DNA of 64,000 bases from Methanocaldococcus sp. 16A. Its GTDB lineage: Archaea; AGJL01; Methanococci; Methanococcales; Methanocaldococcaceae. The stretch lies in NCBI GenBank assembly GCA_049860595.1, contig CP187551.1. One strand, written 5' to 3'. Within the stretch, counting starts at the first letter, position 1, and every line of letters starts with the position of its first letter. The position numbers and the translations under genes were made by a program. Shown here in pieces: positions 62,101 to 64,000 of this stretch. Below the pieces are notes generated by a model. That model had not been told where the DNA came from and searched no databases. It saw nothing but the letters and a program-made list of their open reading frames with translations.

Positions 62101-64000
62101 CGTACATATCCAGTGGCCTATATGTCCTACTCAATGGCAGCAAATGGTTTAAGTATATATAATGGAAGTTGGAGGGCCATAACTATTTCACCAAGTGACA
62201 GCTATATAAATTCAAAACTCAAATTTTTAGAACGCAAATTGACATATATACATAGAGAAGAAGAAGAGATATCATATCCAAAGGATATCCATGCGCCATA
62301 TTTGGGGGCATATTGGGATGAGAATCAGAAGAAAGAGATAGTATCATTACTTACAGAAACTTCTGAAGATTTAGAAAACTATATCAATAGATACCGCATG
62401 ATAAACATATCAAAAAATATCATATATGACAATATATTCTCCGATAAATTCTATATATATCATATATATAATAAATACCCCTATTTGTCATCTGATAGCT
62501 TAGCAGACAATAACACTGACACTTTACAAATTAGGATATATAAACCAGGACAGCCAGTATTAAAAATATCTCCTACAGCATTTGAAATAAAGACTAATTT
62601 TAATGAAAATATACTTTCTCCAGTACTAAATGTTAATGAGAGTAAAAATCTTGTATTTAATAACTCAAATGCTATTTTCTACCTTACACCTATAGGTTCA
62701 AAAATGGTAGGAAAAACATTATTTGGTTTGATTTCACAAGATATTAAACAGTCACCAGGTGATGCAATAGTAATACTTAGTGAAGTTACAAAAAAAGTGA
62801 CAATATTAAATAACCCTGTAGATGTTATATATTATGAGAAAATGTATACTCCTACTTTGTATGATGACATGATATGTATAGGTACACCTGTATATAACTT
62901 TGTAGCCCCAATAGTTAAAGAGGCTATGATAGGTAAGGCAATTGTAGAAGCTCCTATGTCACATGGAATAACCTTAGTTACAATTCCTGCAATTGTGTTA
63001 AGTATGCCTGATGAAATTGATTTTGAACAGGAAATGTACTATACATCATGCTGGGTTAGCGATATAAACGATCTCATGATTATAAGTGACTTACAGGAGC
63101 TAAACTACCCTTACTACTATAAAACAATAATGAATAGGAAAGAGAAAAATATTCTAAATGTTGTACGAGAAGTTCTAGAATTTACAGAACCTTATGTAGA
63201 TATAGTAGAATCTAGTACTGATTATATCATATCCTATGATATGAGGCGTAAGCCATTTTGGTATATTACACACAAAACTCCAATAAAGGCTAAACACATA
63301 AGAGGTGTTTTAACACCTATTAATGTGGGTGCAAAAATAATATTAGCAATATCTGATATTCTACACTCATATCACAATACAATAGAACTTGGAGATTTTA
63401 ACAGGGCTCAATTAACCTACTTTGGATATCCAGATTCAAATTACGATGATCCAGTTAATATAACGCCTATAAATGTTACACCATTACCAAAACAAGTGAA
63501 TATTTCAATATCCCTTGAGCCAAATGTAACAAAAATAGACAATTACACAATAATAATCGCAAAAGATCTAAAAATAAATGTTACTCCAAATATTTCCTAT
63601 GAAAATGCATCCTACATAGATGTCTATTCATCACCTTATGCATTGCCACAGATATACTTTAAGATATATGCTCTAGTGAATCAATCTTTGACATATCTCA
63701 CTATAAACATCTCAAACAATGAAACAATAAAAAATGTAACATTACCTATCGTTGGAGGATATACTGTCCTTAAATCTGATCTATATCCAGTAACTCCTAT
63801 ATATGTAAGGCAATTCATGACACAAGAAAACTACAGTATAATTGAAATTTATGTATCGCCAGCAATATACAACACCAGTTCAAAAGATGTAATATTCCTT
63901 AAGAATATTAAATTATCATTAAAAACAGGAAGTTACAAGCCTCATAAACTTCATGTTATCTCATATCCTAACTTCATTGGACTAAGTAACTATCCAGCAA
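59143..64000 (+). CDS. Very large secreted/cell-surface protein (>1619 aa, 3'-partial), absent from ORF track
   Basis: SD GGTGA, signal peptide MMKVGKYILFLIYLTLLCAGSVWG; manual translation found no stop in frame 1 up to the window end. Confidence 0.9.
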   Translation, partial: MMKVGKYILFLIYLTLLCAGSVWGEDIYNLSSETFKFKYVFPLVYNPPIWGTDYYGSGLKIISLEQDTQILIDANFNGPDSSDPVYNISPGGRLYIGDFPDISNYQKIKWDKNPIIIYSNKPIIISFQYDTQDWGDYDDAYITYAAPQPGTKLIGVNVKSLYITPTEKGTNVYINGKNMGYIEYGQVLNVNFSTPQTVVLTADSPIVAVSVNIDPSVRSRTYAFPLMPPMSGKFLIPNSIKNYAKDMNALSVDEYYVVLDSNGNIVMNQTLPSNPQVITLNNSEVFVFRTFYYQDPWGGNAPRYAMCAQAVKPAEYSTLYGEISPVNEHTVDTQLRFYAAGNVTVYKDYGADGSIDSVETLPAGSIYKFSCREDQPDKRIAIYVYGNISGYCIFGIGWSHQIEGAVERGSSPQLVVSQITNTPKKSVAILTIDKNNLNEDELNLKQTLEKYYDVDILDPSDYQKFSDYKVLYMREGSEPIEYNNATVIQSLKDAVRSGSTLITEAYGHYLIQYMGLGSVIISTYWPVVHDEWYYVMPCTTHPIFNGIPTWDNPVPPDKEEQLIFRIKPGTIPIVHVKIDGAQEIKAYILWTTYGWPYQSRTGLVNKTLCEMFPGACSSERSVIIRTIALDKNYDDGKIFAVVGLGSRSIKYLDKIGYVGELLRKNAVMYGLGNTTTTNITNENETRNSTISQQLIQIPKSAYIEALHEEVEDHVSFGWLRVALFNSTEMGIIPIGNTKLNIYFVLNTPYKQGTVKVYGSIITTDTKYNFTYSANVSSIYDATSGMYGITIHGLDNIKIPENPNLYGLGVLNLSIPDLGLKIVAPVYITPFELIPIDKYGIYVNETCNYINNTEPLFIRIKYIGSKKGWPAIISMPLYEQYLVYRSYNNSPIFAKELTWRLAKLELYGLTELTKKYPNANVIIVENDNCYKSTYSYFINNYIGTTGYYNYWKDEISNLVNNLIRRNVTIIVGTVPHPTCSYESYVTTRTYPVAYMSYSMAANGLSIYNGSWRAITISPSDSYINSKLKFLERKLTYIHREEEEISYPKDIHAPYLGAYWDENQKKEIVSLLTETSEDLENYINRYRMINISKNIIYDNIFSDKFYIYHIYNKYPYLSSDSLADNNTDTLQIRIYKPGQPVLKISPTAFEIKTNFNENILSPVLNVNESKNLVFNNSNAIFYLTPIGSKMVGKTLFGLISQDIKQSPGDAIVILSEVTKKVTILNNPVDVIYYEKMYTPTLYDDMICIGTPVYNFVAPIVKEAMIGKAIVEAPMSHGITLVTIPAIVLSMPDEIDFEQEMYYTSCWVSDINDLMIISDLQELNYPYYYKTIMNRKEKNILNVVREVLEFTEPYVDIVESSTDYIISYDMRRKPFWYITHKTPIKAKHIRGVLTPINVGAKIILAISDILHSYHNTIELGDFNRAQLTYFGYPDSNYDDPVNITPINVTPLPKQVNISISLEPNVTKIDNYTIIIAKDLKINVTPNISYENASYIDVYSSPYALPQIYFKIYALVNQSLTYLTINISNNETIKNVTLPIVGGYTVLKSDLYPVTPIYVRQFMTQENYSIIEIYVSPAIYNTSSKDVIFLKNIKLSLKTGSYKPHKLHVISYPNFIGLSNYPA

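Overview
AT-rich (~30% GC by eye) archaeal DNA from a hyperthermophilic methanogen of the genus Methanocaldococcus. This is inferred from protein similarity and gene order recalled from M. jannaschii, GGTGA-type Shine-Dalgarno motifs and a selenocysteine F420-reducing hydrogenase operon. Most of the window is housekeeping: glyS, eno, trpD/trpG, argS, dapA, gatC/D/E, PCNA, r-proteins, Pus10, Rpo4, SufC/SufB-like pair, tfrA, fruADGB, thiL, rtcA, cbiD, metE, nob1 and trmJ. It also has a tRNA-Ala(GGC), three C/D box guide sRNAs, a SECIS element and an intein. Accessory parts: (i) two ~1.4-kb tnpA-less IS607-like elements encoding TnpB proteins that lack the canonical RuvC-III Asp, whose 3' omega-RNA scaffolds covary and carry kink-turn (L7Ae-type) motifs; (ii) two families of ~100-bp palindromic MITE-like repeats; (iii) a PadR-like wHTH islet with a 21-bp tandem repeat and a possible micropeptide; (iv) a type-IV-pilin-like/PKD adhesin/archaeosortase cluster; (v) an ODP-like di-iron protein plus soluble chemoreceptor pair; (vi) a >1600-aa secreted protein missing from the ORF track that runs off the right end and looks horizontally acquired. 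All assignments come from reading the sequence; no database searches were run.
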